The notes beneath the pieces were generated by a model. The model ran no database searches and was not told the origin of the DNA. It was given only the letters and a program-made list of their open reading frames with translations. DNA of 64,000 nucleotides. Origin: Hyphochytrium catenoides (taxonomy: Eukaryota > Protista > Hyphochytriomycota). Shown here in pieces: positions 12,501 to 24,922 of the stretch (position 1 is the first letter of the stretch; each line of letters opens with the position of its first letter). Made by a program: the position numbers and the translations under genes. The stretch is from contig FLMG01001956.1 in the NCBI GenBank assembly GCA_900088475.1, forward strand, positions 1 to 64,000, read 5' to 3'.

Positions 12501-15500
12501 AGCGAGAAGTCCCCAAAGTCCTCGTACGCTCTTGCTACGCCAGTTATGAACCTGTTCCGAACCGGGAAAGGCCGTGACACCAAAGAAGATCAGCTAAAGC
12601 GAGAGGAGGCTAATGAAGGTGGCGAGAGCAGCCAGAATAGGAGCGAAAGACGGCACATAAGCGAGGAAAACAAAAGCCAGCACGGACTTAGGATTCTTGG
12701 GTTCCAGTTCTATCGCTCGTTTGAGGTCTCTGAGCCCGCCCCCAAAGAGCTGCTCAAAGGTTAGCGAAGTCCTCAGAACCTAAAAGTCACAGCACTGTGT
12801 AAGAAGGCAACAGTCTCACTCTGCACTCGTGTCAAGCACGTGGGATAGTGATGACGACGAGAGTTGAAAACCTGTCATACAAGGACTTGGAGCCTCAGCA
12901 AGAGATGTTGAAGCTTTATGGCCAAGCACCTAGCATTCGGCACGACCGAGAGCAAGAAATAGGGATAATCGAGAGAAGAAAGAACGAACTATACCTGATC
13001 AAGAACCATTTCGTCATCCAAGTCCGCTGGTGGCTTGTAGGTGCGTTCTCTAGGCTCCAGAAGGCGCGAGTTCTGGGGACGTGAGAGGTGCTTAGGGGTA
13101 TAGGGTATAGAGAGTTCGTAAAAGCCACAGAGGCGGTAGGAGCGGTAGTTTAAATAGAAGTGAAAGAGACATCAGTTGCGCTCACCCTCATTTCTTTTCT
13201 GTTGCCTTCTCCGCCATCATCTTGTCCACCTGCGCTTTCTCCTCTTCCAGTAGTTCTCTCTTGTAAGCAGATGGCTACTCTAGCTCTCCCTCTATTATGA
13301 TAGTACTCAGCACAGGAGCGATCCAACTTCACGGCGTCATTGAAGTCAATGAACGCTGCCTTCAAGTGCTCTCCACCCTACGAGTGCAAGTAAGGTTTAA
13401 TGCTCAGTGGACTTCGAGTGCTCATAGTAACAATCACCAACTAACTTAGGACGGGAGTAATAACGTCAATGGAAAGAAGGGATTGTGGAGGTGGACATCG
13501 CCCTCATAGAAGTGAGAGCCACACAGCATGAGACAACGAAAGGGCTACTAACCTTGAGATAAAGTGACAGTCCTCTTTGATTATAATACGTTGGTTGAGT
13601 GGCGTCCAGTTTCAAAGCCACGCTGAACCAGGAGACAGATTCCGAGTAATCGCCGAGCTGAGATTGAGGGAGAAGGCAGAGCAATGATGAAACAAGTGGA
13701 GGGAAGGATGGGAATGTGCATTAAGGAGAAGTAGAAAAGGGGAAGAGGCAGAAAGAAGGGGGGAAACGACAGAGAGATGAAGAGACGATAACGAAAGAGG
13801 ACCGAGACCAGCGGGAAGAGAATCTCCAGAGCGACGCCCCCATAAGCCCAGGAAGAGGAGAGCAGGTGATACTGAGAGAGACAGACCGATGAAGGCGAAA
13901 TAGAAAGAAAGGACCAGAGAACTAAGGAATAATATACTAGAAGAGGAAGAGAGATCGAGGAAGCGACGATAGGAAGGACCAAGGAGGCCCCCGCTCATGC
14001 TCATATCATATTCAATCTCAGAAAGACGTTATATATGTCGAAGCCAGAGCAAGCAGTGGTCCTTCTTCCTTTTGAGCCCTTCTTTGTATGTACCTCAAAG
14101 AAGCATTCTCCCAAAATGCTGGCCGCTGACGCATTTGCTTGATCAAATTCCAGCGCCTTGCGCAAGTCGGCGATCGCTTCCCCTGAACAGAGTAACGAGC
14201 GGTAAGGTGATGAGGGAGCCAAGAGGTGGCCGATGGTACTCTGGAGAAGGAAGATGGAGACAAAGATCAATCAAACGAGAACCACGCACAGCAAAAGATG
14301 GGATCTGTGCACCCTAGAAATAAAGCATCATCAAAAGAGATCAACAAATGGAGGAGATTAAAAACCTAACATAGGGAACAAGATGCGTTTCTGCTTAGAC
14401 TGCGAATGCGAAAGTTGCAATGACAAGGCTATGCCAGAGTACAAGACGCAGATTGAGAGATAGAGAGACAGAGAGAGAGAGCGCTCCAGAGTAGTGAGGG
14501 TGCATGACATACGATATCTCTTTAGCTTCATCAGACATCGCGCTCGTCCGAAGTAAAGCTTGAACATCATCTACACAAGATACGACATCAGAGAGGGGGT
14601 CCTCCTAATAAGTGGACTTCTTTTGGGATATCCTTACCCTCTGTCCACCCGTGCAGGACACAATAGCGGCTTCAAAGTCAGGCAAAGCTTCGATGTACTT
14701 CTCCATGTCCACAAAAGTCGACGCCCTCGCAAAATAATGGGTGTACTACCCATTGATAGCGAATATAGATCGGAAGAAGGCATTGGAGGGAGCAGTCCAT
14801 TGGCAGAGTTTAGAGGATGAGATAAAAACGAAAGGAGGTAGAGAGGGAGTATCGAACGGCATCTGACTTAGGATAAAGAAGACACTGCAAGAGAGATCAA
14901 TTGCATTAGAGGGATGGCTAAAGGAGGGCAAAGAGAGTTCTCTAATGGTTCGAGGGGAGACACATCCAAGGGATATGGGGAGTGCACGGCATTGGCTGAT
15001 GGGAGCTCATGAGATGGAGCCACTCTCGGCAGGCAGCAGACTGGTTTCCGTACGTTGTTTGGCTCAAGCTCTACTATCTTGTTGAGGTCCGTGGTCGCCT
15101 CCTGGAGCCGATTCATCTAGACCCAAGGAGAAAAAGGAAGAGCGAGGCCAGGGCAAGTAATTAGATAGGCAATAGTGAAAAATAAGTACTAAAGCGAGGA
15201 AATAACGCAGCCTTCTAGCTAGGAAGAGCACACTTCCAGAAGCAGACACTGAGTAATGGGCAAAGAGAAGAAGTGGATGTAACCTTGCGCAGAGTCTGCG
15301 ATCTGAGGGAATAATACTGAGCGTTCTGTGGGTCTAGGTCTATCGCCGCCCCGAAGTCATATAGAGCACGCTGGAGGTCATTGAGAGACTTATAACAAGA
15401 TCCTCTGCGGGGCGTGAGGAGGAGAGAGTACTTAGCAGGCGCCGTGCAAGGAGTGAGTAAATGTACCGGAGGAGGAAGTGGAAAGGAAAGGGTTGAAAGA

Positions 15501-16655
15501 CACCAAGGACTATGTTCTGTTGAATGAAGAAGCTCTGGGCATGCCACAAGTAGTAAGGAGATGATGCAAACTAGCAGACGGCGAATGCGTTAACGAAATT
15601 GGTGCCCAAGTTATAAGGAGAGCTAAGCGGCAAGAGATAGTAAAAAGCAAATATGAGAAAAAGACAGGCCCAACGCTCTTCCTTGGCTTGTGCCAGGCAG
15701 TGGAGTCATTGCCGGTCGGTGCGAGACTCAAGGAATTGTGTCGTACAACAAGGAGAGACTCTGAAATGTGACTGAAGGGTAGCGAGAGCGAGCTACTAGT
15801 AGACAGACGACCGAAGACGAGTGTGAGAAGGTCTAGAAGAGAAGGCGGTACCTGGCAAAGTAGAACCTGGAGTTACTAGGGTTTAGTGTGATGCAAGTGC
15901 TGAAGCAGTTCGCAGCTGCCTCGTACTCCTTCTCAGTAGCAGCCGCTTGGTAGAGCTTCATCCCCTGGGAAGACCAGAGAAACGATAGAGGAAGACAACA
16001 GAAGAGGGGCAAGAGACAGGATATGAGTGATGAAACGGAAAGAGAAAAACGGCACAGAGTCTGAGATCTGAGGGAGACAGAATAAAGAAGTGAGCCGTCC
16101 TCCAGTGAATGCAGCTGTATGACACTAAAGAGATAGCGTGGAGGGAGGAGAGATGACCGAGTAGGAGAGAGAAGAGAGCTAGAAGTGTTTTCTACTGGTC
16201 ATCAAGGACTCTATAGGGGACGACACATGAGTAAGGACGGAGAGCAGTCATGGCGGCCGGGGCATCACTGCCAAACGCAAAGGCTTCCCTGTAGAGCGCG
16301 GTCGAAGATGATGATACCCGGAAGAGAAAGAACAGAAGGAGTAGCAGCTCAACAAAAGAGAACGTGGCCACGAAAGAGAGACAGAAGAAGAGAAAAGAGG
16401 TGAACATGAACAACGAACAAGAAGGGGAGAAAAGAGCGTGAGGGCTTGAGAATAGGAAGAGAAGACGCTTGTTAAAGAAGAAAGAAGAGGGAAAAGCTGG
16501 TGGGTCTGACAACTCATGGTCCTTATCTGTACCTCATGGAAGACTGTGGAGGCTGTCTGATTCCTTTTCTGCTGGTCGCGCGCCGCAGCCTTCTCCCCTT
16601 CCCTTTGGGCCAGGAGCTGCTTGACCACCTTCACGTTTGGACCTTGACCAGGCAT
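9591..16655 (-). CDS. Large tetratricopeptide-repeat protein, many short exons
   Basis: Successive phase-compatible exons give TPR units, e.g. YEAAANCFSTCITLNPSNSRFYFAR|GSCYKSLNDLQRALYDFGAAIDLDPQNAQYYSLRSQTLRK|MNRLQEATTDLNKIVELEPNN, AFIDFNDAVKLDRSCAEYYHNRGRAR, and last exon ATSDLTQVLRLNPYNALAHFRRALAFTALKEAEKAAEDFEAARRLDPLNPELWVNYRR ending TGA 9593-9591. The 5' end (ATG 16655) is less certain. Confidence 0.85.
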
Positions 16656-17139
16656 TGTTGTCCACACAGGTACTTACTCAGCGAGGAAAGAGAAGAGGTA
16701 GATGACTCAGTCGTCGCGAGTGCGGGAAGAGATTTACAAAAGAGTGGAACAGGAGAGGGAGAGAAGGGAGAGCAGCCGACGGAGGATAATAAAGCAGGGA
16801 AAGCAGAAGATTGAAAGTGCCGTGCTTCAGCGCGCTCTGGCTCCCAGGAGGTTCACATCACTGTCCACTCTCCTCTTTGTCCAGAGCAGCCTCACATTCT
16901 CCTCTCATCGGAAGAACTAGAAGAGACTAATAGGGCCGGTCTCGGCCTAGTCGCCACGCCGTAGGGCCTCGAAGAAGAAGAGGGGGAGCTTCTACCTGAG
17001 CAGCTAAGGAAGGCAGCAATCGGTATACATCGAAGAGGAAGAGAACCGAGGAGAGGGAGAAGGGAGCTGCCGAATAGACCGGCGCATCTTCATCATGCAT
17101 CACCGTACATACGTGCCAACATTATTGCAGCAGCTCTCA

Positions 17140-17660
17140 TCATCGCTCCTTTCTCTTCTTCTCTCACTCCCTTTCTACGATCTCTCTGACTTCTCTCTCT
17201 CCCCCTCTCTCTCTCCCTCCCTCCCTCCCCTCGCTCCCTCTCTCTCTCTCTCTGCTCCGCCGTGCCCTCTCTCGCTAAGCTCGATCCTTTGGCTGGTGGT
17301 GTTGTCTGTTCCATTGCAAAGAATCTGCACTACTCGTACGAGTACTGAAGAAACAAAGGATTCCCCTTCCAACCTGCTCGTTAGCGGCTAATGAAACTCC
17401 CACAATCCCCCTGTTGCCCCTTCTGTGGCCCTCTACAGGCTTCCTCCAGCCATAAATAACAGAGAAGGAAGCAGACAGAGAGAGAGAGAGACAGAGAGAG
17501 AGAGTGAGACATAGAGGGAAGAGGGAGACGAGGAGAGACACAGGGAGAGAGAGAGTGTGTGTGAGAGAGTGTGAGAGAGGAAGAGAGGCAGGGAGGAGAG
17601 AGAGAGATGGAGAGCAGGGAAACGCAGGCAAGGGAATGATGAAAGGAAGGAGGAAGATAA
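17140..17660. repeat. Facing CT-rich (17140-17280) and GA-rich (17460-17660) simple-sequence tracts
   Basis: Degenerate (CT)n and (GA)n runs visible directly, upstream of the TPR gene. Confidence 0.85.
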
Positions 17661-18689
17661 GGGCTTGCAGCCAACCACCACCAGCTAAAGATCTATCCCC
17701 CATTCTTTGGTCCCTCTATCTTCTTCGACGATGGCATTGAGGGCACAACGTTAGAGATAGTAGAAAGGCCCGTGGCTAAGCATGACAGACTTTGTCTTAT
17801 TACCAGGCCGTGCGTACCGCCGAACGGCCACATTGGAAAGGGCAAAGAGATTTGCGGACGAGGGACTGTGATGTCCCGTGCTTTTCTCCCTTTTCTCGTT
17901 GCGGGCGGAACAAGCCTTTGTGAATGAATGAACGGTGAGCATGATGGACAGCAACAATGAGTTAATAAGATGATCTGTAGAGAGGCAGGCTGTCAAAATT
18001 AGTTAGCGGACCCAAAAGCTAGGAGAAAGTACTGAGAGCTGACAGGTGGTTCCACAATCAGCTTCATACGCAACGATGCAGCTCTTGATGCTGCTGGGGC
18101 GGCAGCCTCCCACTTTCTTCTCTCCTTTCATCAGTCTGCGCACCGAGAACGAGATAGGATGCTACTAGGACACGTAATGTCTGGATGAGGAGTAGATGGA
18201 AGCAAGGTCAGGCAAAGGAGAAGCGGCGGCGGAAAGGATATTATTAGGAGAGTTTCAACTAGAAGGATAGAGGGCCAGGAAGAAGAGGAGACCACTACTA
18301 GCAATGCATATAACTGCTTGTTGCTCCATCTTCAGCCTCGTTCACATCTTCCGTTTTGGCCGCTAGCGGGCCGCGCGCTGTTTGAGGTGGAGATAATGAT
18401 CCTAACTCTTCGTCTTCTTCTTCTACCGGCTTGTCTTACCAGCAGCAGTGAGATATCAGTTAGTACTATTATAGACCACTTTCGTCTTTTCTTGTTGTCC
18501 TTTTCTGCTTTGCTTTGCAGCACCACTGACAGTCGAAGAAGAAAGTTCGTCTTTTCTTCCTTCCGTCCTTTGTCTCTCCTTTCTTTTCCCCTCTCATTTA
18601 TATCTGTCGTCCCCGGCTTCTATCAGACCGATCCACACGCTTTACCCATCATTATTCCTCAACAACCAAAAGAAGCAGCACAGTACATC

Positions 18690-19105
18690 AGCACCACCAT
18701 CGTCTCTTCCTCCTCCTTCTCCCGCCCATCCTTCTTCCTCTCCATGGCTACATGCCTTGCTTTCCTCGTCCTATTCTCTCATCTCTCCTTCTACTACCTA
18801 CGCAGCTCCTCTCTCCTGCTGCTCGCTGCTCCTCAAATTATCTTTGTTCCCAGCCGCATCCTCCTCCTCCTGCTGCTATCAGCTGCTGCTACACTCTACT
18901 ATGAGACCGCCTGTCATCCTCCTCCCTCCTCCTCCTCCTTCCTTTTTACCTCCTCTTGCTTGTCCTCCTCTCTTCTCTCGCTGCTCTGGCTCCTCATCAT
19001 GATCTTCGCGACTCTCTTCTCATTCTTCTTCTTCTTCCTGCGTCGTCTCCTCCTCCTCCTCCTCCTCCTGCTGGTGCCGCTGCTGCTGCTGCTGCTGCTT
19101 CTGTT
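18690..19105. repeat. Low-complexity CCT/CTT/CTG triplet tract
   Basis: Runs of (TCC)n, (TTC)n and (CTG)n. The 264-aa L/S/F-rich ORF over it is a by-product of the repeats. Confidence 0.85.
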
Positions 19106-19423
19106 GCTATAACCTACCCATTAGTAGACCAAAGGCCTTCGAGACTTAAACAGGAAGGACGTATCTAGTTAAGCCATGGCCTTTTCCCTTCTCGTATAAA
19201 GATTACAGCTTTGTCGTACATATTACTACAGCCGAATAATATTGCGACTATAATGGGGCGGCCGAGAATGACAACAGGGCGGTTTGTAATAACCTTTCGC
19301 TGCGGGAAGGAGATTGAAGTATTACTAATGCCGTGTCCGTATGGTTTTGATATGCAGTTGGACTGAATTACTACTGTGGCGGGGAGGGAAACAAACATCA
19401 ACTTGATACAAAACACGGCGCCA

Positions 19424-19426
<3 letters not shown>

Positions 19427-19466
<40 letters not shown>
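19427..19466. repeat. (TC)20 microsatellite
   Basis: Perfect dinucleotide run. Confidence 0.95.
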
Positions 19467-19470
<4 letters not shown>

Positions 19471-20019
19471 GCTCACTCTTCACCCCTCCCGGTCACTCTT
19501 TCTCTCTCTCGGTACCTGAATCAACCGTTCTACGGTGAGCCCTGCTGAGCTCCACCCTTGGACGCTGTGCCGTGCTCAGGTTTGCGCGCTGTCGAAGGAG
19601 GGAACGTGACGGCTCGGGAGATAGAAGAAACAGATCACAGGGATACAAACTCGGTCATCTCCTTCACCCACGAGTTAATGAGCTCTTACTTGGTTGAGAC
19701 GCGAGGACTCAAGGCGCAGAAGGACGGAAGAAGGTCTTTGAGCGCGAGCGAGCGCGCGCGCGCGCGAGGAGAGAGAGAGACGAACAGAGAGACAGAGAGA
19801 GGAGCTGATGTAAAATTCTGAGGGACGCCACTGACATAGAGTCGTCGTATAATGGCGGCTGGCGGTTGCTGACGGCCTGCTGGGTCGTAGAGTTCTCTGC
19901 CCACCTAGGAATAGTTCTTTATCTCTCGTACCTTGGCCCCGGCTTTCCGTACCTCTTCCCCCTCCAACATCATCTTCCAGTTCCTTGCTGGTGCATTGGT
20001 GCATTGGCCGCCTCACAAA

Positions 20020-22838
20020 ATGGGGATATCCTGTAGCTGCTGCTTAAAGTCCATGCCGCCTCCCGACGATGATGCGGTGATCTCGAAGAAGGAACTGCTG
20101 ACCCCACTCATAGAGCAGACAAAAGGTGAGCCCTCCTCGCAGCACGGCGGTTACTCCTGTCCTCCCTCTGGCTCCCAAGACCACAGCAGGATCCTTGAGA
20201 TAGCGCCTCCTCAACGTCCTGTGGTGATCAAGGAGCTGCCAATGTAAGTTAGTTCTTCAGGAGTGAGAATGGTAAGAAGTTCGTTGGAAGAGAAGAGAGA
20301 GACATCAGAGGTAGCAAGGAGATTGACGCGAGTGCTGAAAGTTTAACTATCTCACCCTAGTTCAATTATAAACAGAGCTGAGGAGAGAGGGCAACAAGTG
20401 CCGTCACTTCTCCCTGAGCGAGACTCTCCTTCCTCTTCTGAGGGCTACCGGACAGAACCTTCGGGGGACGAAAGAGAGAGACTAAGAACGGTAAGGACAG
20501 GGACGCCATCCAGAGGGGAAATTGCAGATACTGATGCTGTCGCCTCCGTCCGCCCGTAAGGCTCAAGATCTTCAGCCCAGCAAGAGCGTCAAGAGTGTGA
20601 CAGAGGGACCTGAACGAGGTGGCGCGGACAGGGATGGTCTTGACTTAGTGAGAGGAACCTCTCCGTCGCAAACTACCTTTGCCATCCCAGGCACGAGCGT
20701 GTTGGTATGAAGATTGCTTTCTGCGCTTACCATTAATGGTCGCACTATCTATCTCTTCCACTCTATCTTGCTTGTCTGTCTACCATTTCTATCGTTCTTT
20801 CTGTCGTATGTCTCTCTGTCTCTCTTCCTCCCTGTTTCTATCCCAGCGCAAGACTGGTTTCCTGCCTTACTGGGAACCCCATCAGGCCCCACTAGGCTCG
20901 ATCGATGCTATCCAGCCCACGACGGTCGCGCAACATGACCGTACTACAAGCGCTACGCAGTTTCCCTTTAGCGCCGATCAGCTACCTTCTTCAGGTCACT
21001 TTATTAACCTTTCGTCCCAATAATCCTGTTTGCTCCGTTTGTCCTGTTCCTGCTTATCTTGCACGGTCACTCTCTTTCAACGTCCTGCATAATAGCCCGG
21101 TTTCTGAGTCGTTGCGCTAACAGGCCAGGCCACCACAGAGACCAACGTCACCTATGTTCATGACATTGCGGCGATGGAGATACCGACTTTGGAGACAGAT
21201 GTGCGTTCTTTTCTCTCTCTTGTTTGGTTCTTAGCTGCAATGGACACTCTTTTATGATGGGTACAATGCAGCTCGAACTCTTCTTACCTTTGCCTTTCAT
21301 TGGACTCTTTCCACTTCACGGTGTCCGTCTCCTATCTCAGGGTGTGGAAGACTTTCAGAAGCTCTTTTGCCTGCTTGGGAATCTTTCAGCGCCCTTTTGC
21401 CTAGGACCTTCTGCCTCTTCGTCGATTATGTTATGCATTTCTTCTTTATTAGATGCTTTCTTTCTTCTGACGACCTTTTCCCTCCCGCTGTGGATGTTAC
21501 TTAGGCGCCTTACGGCTCCATCTTGGCTGGCTATGGGGATACAATCGATCCTTCTGACCAGGATGACAGGAGAGGCGGAACAGATGACTTTGATTTCGAA
21601 GACCATCAGGTCTCAGAGCTCAGTGAGAACGATACACCAAGGGAGGAAGACTATGAAGCCTACGAAGATGTAGAGAGGCCTGAGTCGGAGGAGGAGGCCT
21701 ACCTGGAAGATAATGATACCGAGGACGAGCAGGAAGAACAATACGGGGAGGATGAGAGGAGTGACAGAGAAATGGGAGCGAAAGAGTCTCGCGAACATTC
21801 TGAGGAGAGTGACGACCAGGAAAGCGGCAGAGATAATCTAGAGAATTTAGACTCTGAGGATGATGAGGACGATCAAGGAAGCCGTCCAGGAGGATATCGT
21901 GAGGAGGAAAGCGGTGAAGAGGAAAGCGAGATGAAACGGTTGGGTTCGGTGCGCCGTATGGCTCCCAGGTACGCTTCTAGGCCATCTTCCTCTGGGGCAA
22001 ACTTCTTTCAATCGCATCATATTCCTTACCGGAGCAAGAGTTAACTCGATGCTACTGACAGAACCGCCGGGTCTAGCTCCAGCCCCAGCTCTGCAGCCAT
22101 AGAAGTTTATCGAAGTGAGTTCGGTGGCTAATGGACAATGATATGAAACCTTCGATCGTTTTGTATCGTTCTCTTTCTAGCTTGGTACATCTTATATTGT
22201 GTCTTTTAGGCAACTTGAAGGGAGGTATTCTCTCCATCCACTTTGATTCCTCTACGTTTTCCATAGCCCGTCTTAGTATCCTCATTGAAACCGTCTCTCT
22301 CTCGCTCTCTGTTGCTTCTCAATTCTTGTTGGTCTTGGCAGGTCGGTCTGATAACTCGGTAGGGAGCTCGCAGGATATAGGCCAGGAAGAAGATATTAGC
22401 AGTGCCGACCAAGCAACTGACAGCCATGATGACGAAGAGGATGAACAACAAGAGGAATTAGACGGGGAAGAGAATGCAGAGAATTCTAGTGACGAGGACG
22501 AAATCCCTTTGGGAGCGTATTATGGACGACCCGACAGAGACAATTCGCCAAGTCTACCGGCCTTCGAGCTTGAGATCGATAGCACTCCAGGCATGGTGGA
22601 CAACCTATCAGGACCTGCAGTGGTGGATGTGGCAAGCAGAGAAGGCCGCCAACTACCCTCTCCCCACGAGGGTAGGGGAGGTCTTCATAGAGCTGTAGGG
22701 AGTCCAAGGCGGCGCTATGGACGACAAGCATACCGCCACAGGCAGCAGAGAGCAGTAAGCAACAGACTCAGAGCACAATCAGGAGGTGATGCTGAGCAGA
22801 CAACAGGCGAAGAGGAGCCTGAGCCTGTCTCATTCTAA
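20020..22838 (+). CDS. Uncharacterised acidic, largely disordered protein with N-terminal MGISCSCC (multi-exon)
   Basis: ATG 20020 in AAAATGG context. Phase-compatible exons near 20020-20243, 20373-20490, 20847-20994, 21124-21200, 21505-21968, 22062-22114 and 22342-22838, with long D/E-rich open frames. One internal exon near 20560-20690 is uncertain. No recognisable domain. Confidence 0.65.
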
Positions 22839-23381
22839 TAACTTCCCCTCTCCTGAGCACTGGCTCACAACATCGCCATAAAACTATCTACCAACCTCAG
22901 CAATGGTTCTCCTGAATCTTGCATTCGACTGGCCCTTCTCTTCTTCTCTGCAACACTTACCCAACCCAAGGCGAGCGCTGAGTCTCTCTCAATGACTCCG
23001 TCCTACCAAGGGCGCTAGGTAGGACCTTAGTCCTTCCTTATACCATCACCATGAGGCACCAAATGGGATGGGAGATTGTAAGAGACAGAGGAGAAAGATG
23101 GCTTTGCTTTCTCCCCACTTAGATTTTGAAGCCGTTAAACGTGATCAATATAGGTCTTCATCTAGAGTCTGGTAACTACACTTCTGCCGTTGAGGCTACG
23201 GGTAGCTAGTACACTCTGCAAAGATTCCTGCACTTTCTGCGGTTCCTCCCCTCTTTATCCTCTCTTGCTTTCTCTTGGCTCAAGCTGAGCCTAATGATCT
23301 AACCTGTCTTCTCGTTTTCCCCCGCGTGAAGCACTGTGTCGTTTGTTTTTCTCCGCTACGCACGGAAGAAGTAGGAGCTCT

Positions 23382-24175
23382 CTAACGCTTGAGGGTTCTA
23401 TACTTCTCTGAGTCAACGTTGTATCCTGCCTCCCTGAGTTGCTGGATGGTAGCGCCATTTCTTATTGCGTCCGCGATTTGCCGCTCATGTTCCTCTTGCA
23501 TTACAGCGGCTCTATCCCTCTGTGACAGGGAAGGGTAAACAGAGGCTAGTTACTGATGGGCTCATGATACTACGAGACACCTCTAACAGTCATTGTCGTG
23601 CCTGGAAGGTATGTCTCTGATGCCCGTCTTGTTCAACATAACCATAAATGCCGTATTTTTGTGCTTTTACTGATGAGGATCTACCTCCTTCCCTTCAAAT
23701 GACAGCTTCAGGTCCATTCCCTTCTAGAGCCATTTCAGGCTCTACATAGTCCTCTGCTTCGTCGGCCCCATTCTCGCTACCTCACTACCTCTCCCGCAGA
23801 GATTGGCACCACTTACCTCCAATAAATAGGGGATGCCGACAATGGCAAAAATTGTTGCAGTTACCCAAAGTGTCTTGCCACCAAACCGGATGAGCTGTGC
23901 ACGCGGATCATGTTAGGACGAGAATACTGAGCGTCCGACGACGTTGATGTCCCTTACCCCTTTTGTCGTGTTGATCATCCAGCGGTAGCGTCTCTTCCAT
24001 TCTGCGCTTAATAAAGGACCCATTGGTAAGCCAAATAGCTGTGGATAGGCCGTAAAACAGGGTAAGCTCATGGCAATGTAGGTCACCTAAACGAACTGCA
24101 TCCTACCCATCCACGAGGCTTCTTATCTTTTTCATCGTCATCTTGTAGGCGTTGAAGCGCTCTTCCTACAGGCAT
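23382..24175 (-). CDS. TOM22: Mitochondrial import receptor TOM22 (short, Tom9-like form)
   Basis: Four exons, missed by the ORF track: MPVGRALQRLQDDDEKDKKPRGW|LFGLPMGPLLSAEWKRRYRWMINTTKG|LIRFGGKTLWVTATIFAIVGIPYLLE|RDRAAVMQEEHERQIADAIRNGATIQQLREAGYNVDSEKYRTLKR*. The GKxxW..T.......P...E transmembrane signature is typical of Tom22. Confidence 0.8.
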
Positions 24176-24922
24176 CTTCCCTTCCTCCTTTCGTTACCCT
24201 TTCTTTCTTATAATAGACGTACACCGTGTTATGGGCAGATGCGTAGAGCAGAACTGATCTCACAAAGCTGTTGATGGGGATCACGTTCAAGGATGGGCGA
24301 GCGAAGCTTCAGCTTTGATCTTCACCAAGACTCAGAAGTTTTCTGAAGCTCATTACAAAGCTTCCGCGTTTTCGCTGGACGAGACAAGCGGCAGAGAATG
24401 ATCCGTGCTCCTGGGGGAGGTTCAAGCACTCAAAGAGTAATTTCCCATTTTCGAAGTGATAAAATAGCGAAATCTCCGTTGTACGGCAGGAAGACCTTAC
24501 AAACAGCATCTACGTGAACGTACGCACACCGGGAAGAGAAACGCTGCTGTGCTGTCAGAAAAGTCTTCAGACTTCATTCTGAAGCCCGCGCGCCTGGCTC
24601 TGTAAGAAGAGACACAAAGAGAGTCCAAAGATGTGGAAAAGGTGTGACCATGGCAGCTGAAGATTTGACAGTGCGTCGTAGCTCTCAAAGCGTGGGACTT
24701 GCCGTTTGCGAAAGGTGTAGACGGCTTGCGCAGTGCTGCTGAGGGCTGAGGGTCGCTGGACGAGTTACACTTAGGCTGTCGTGCCTAATTGTTGGTACAG
24801 CAAGCTCTGATCACGTTTTAACCTCTTTCCCCAACGAAAGCATGAGCTCTCCTGGTCGAGGGCTAACGTCATACGTGTGAATGCAAAGCAATAGGACGGA
24901 AGACTGAAGCTCGTTCACGTCA

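Noticed and set aside
18318-19112. 264-aa hydrophobic ORF
   Set aside because: Translation of a C/T-rich low-complexity tract; non-ATG start and no motif.
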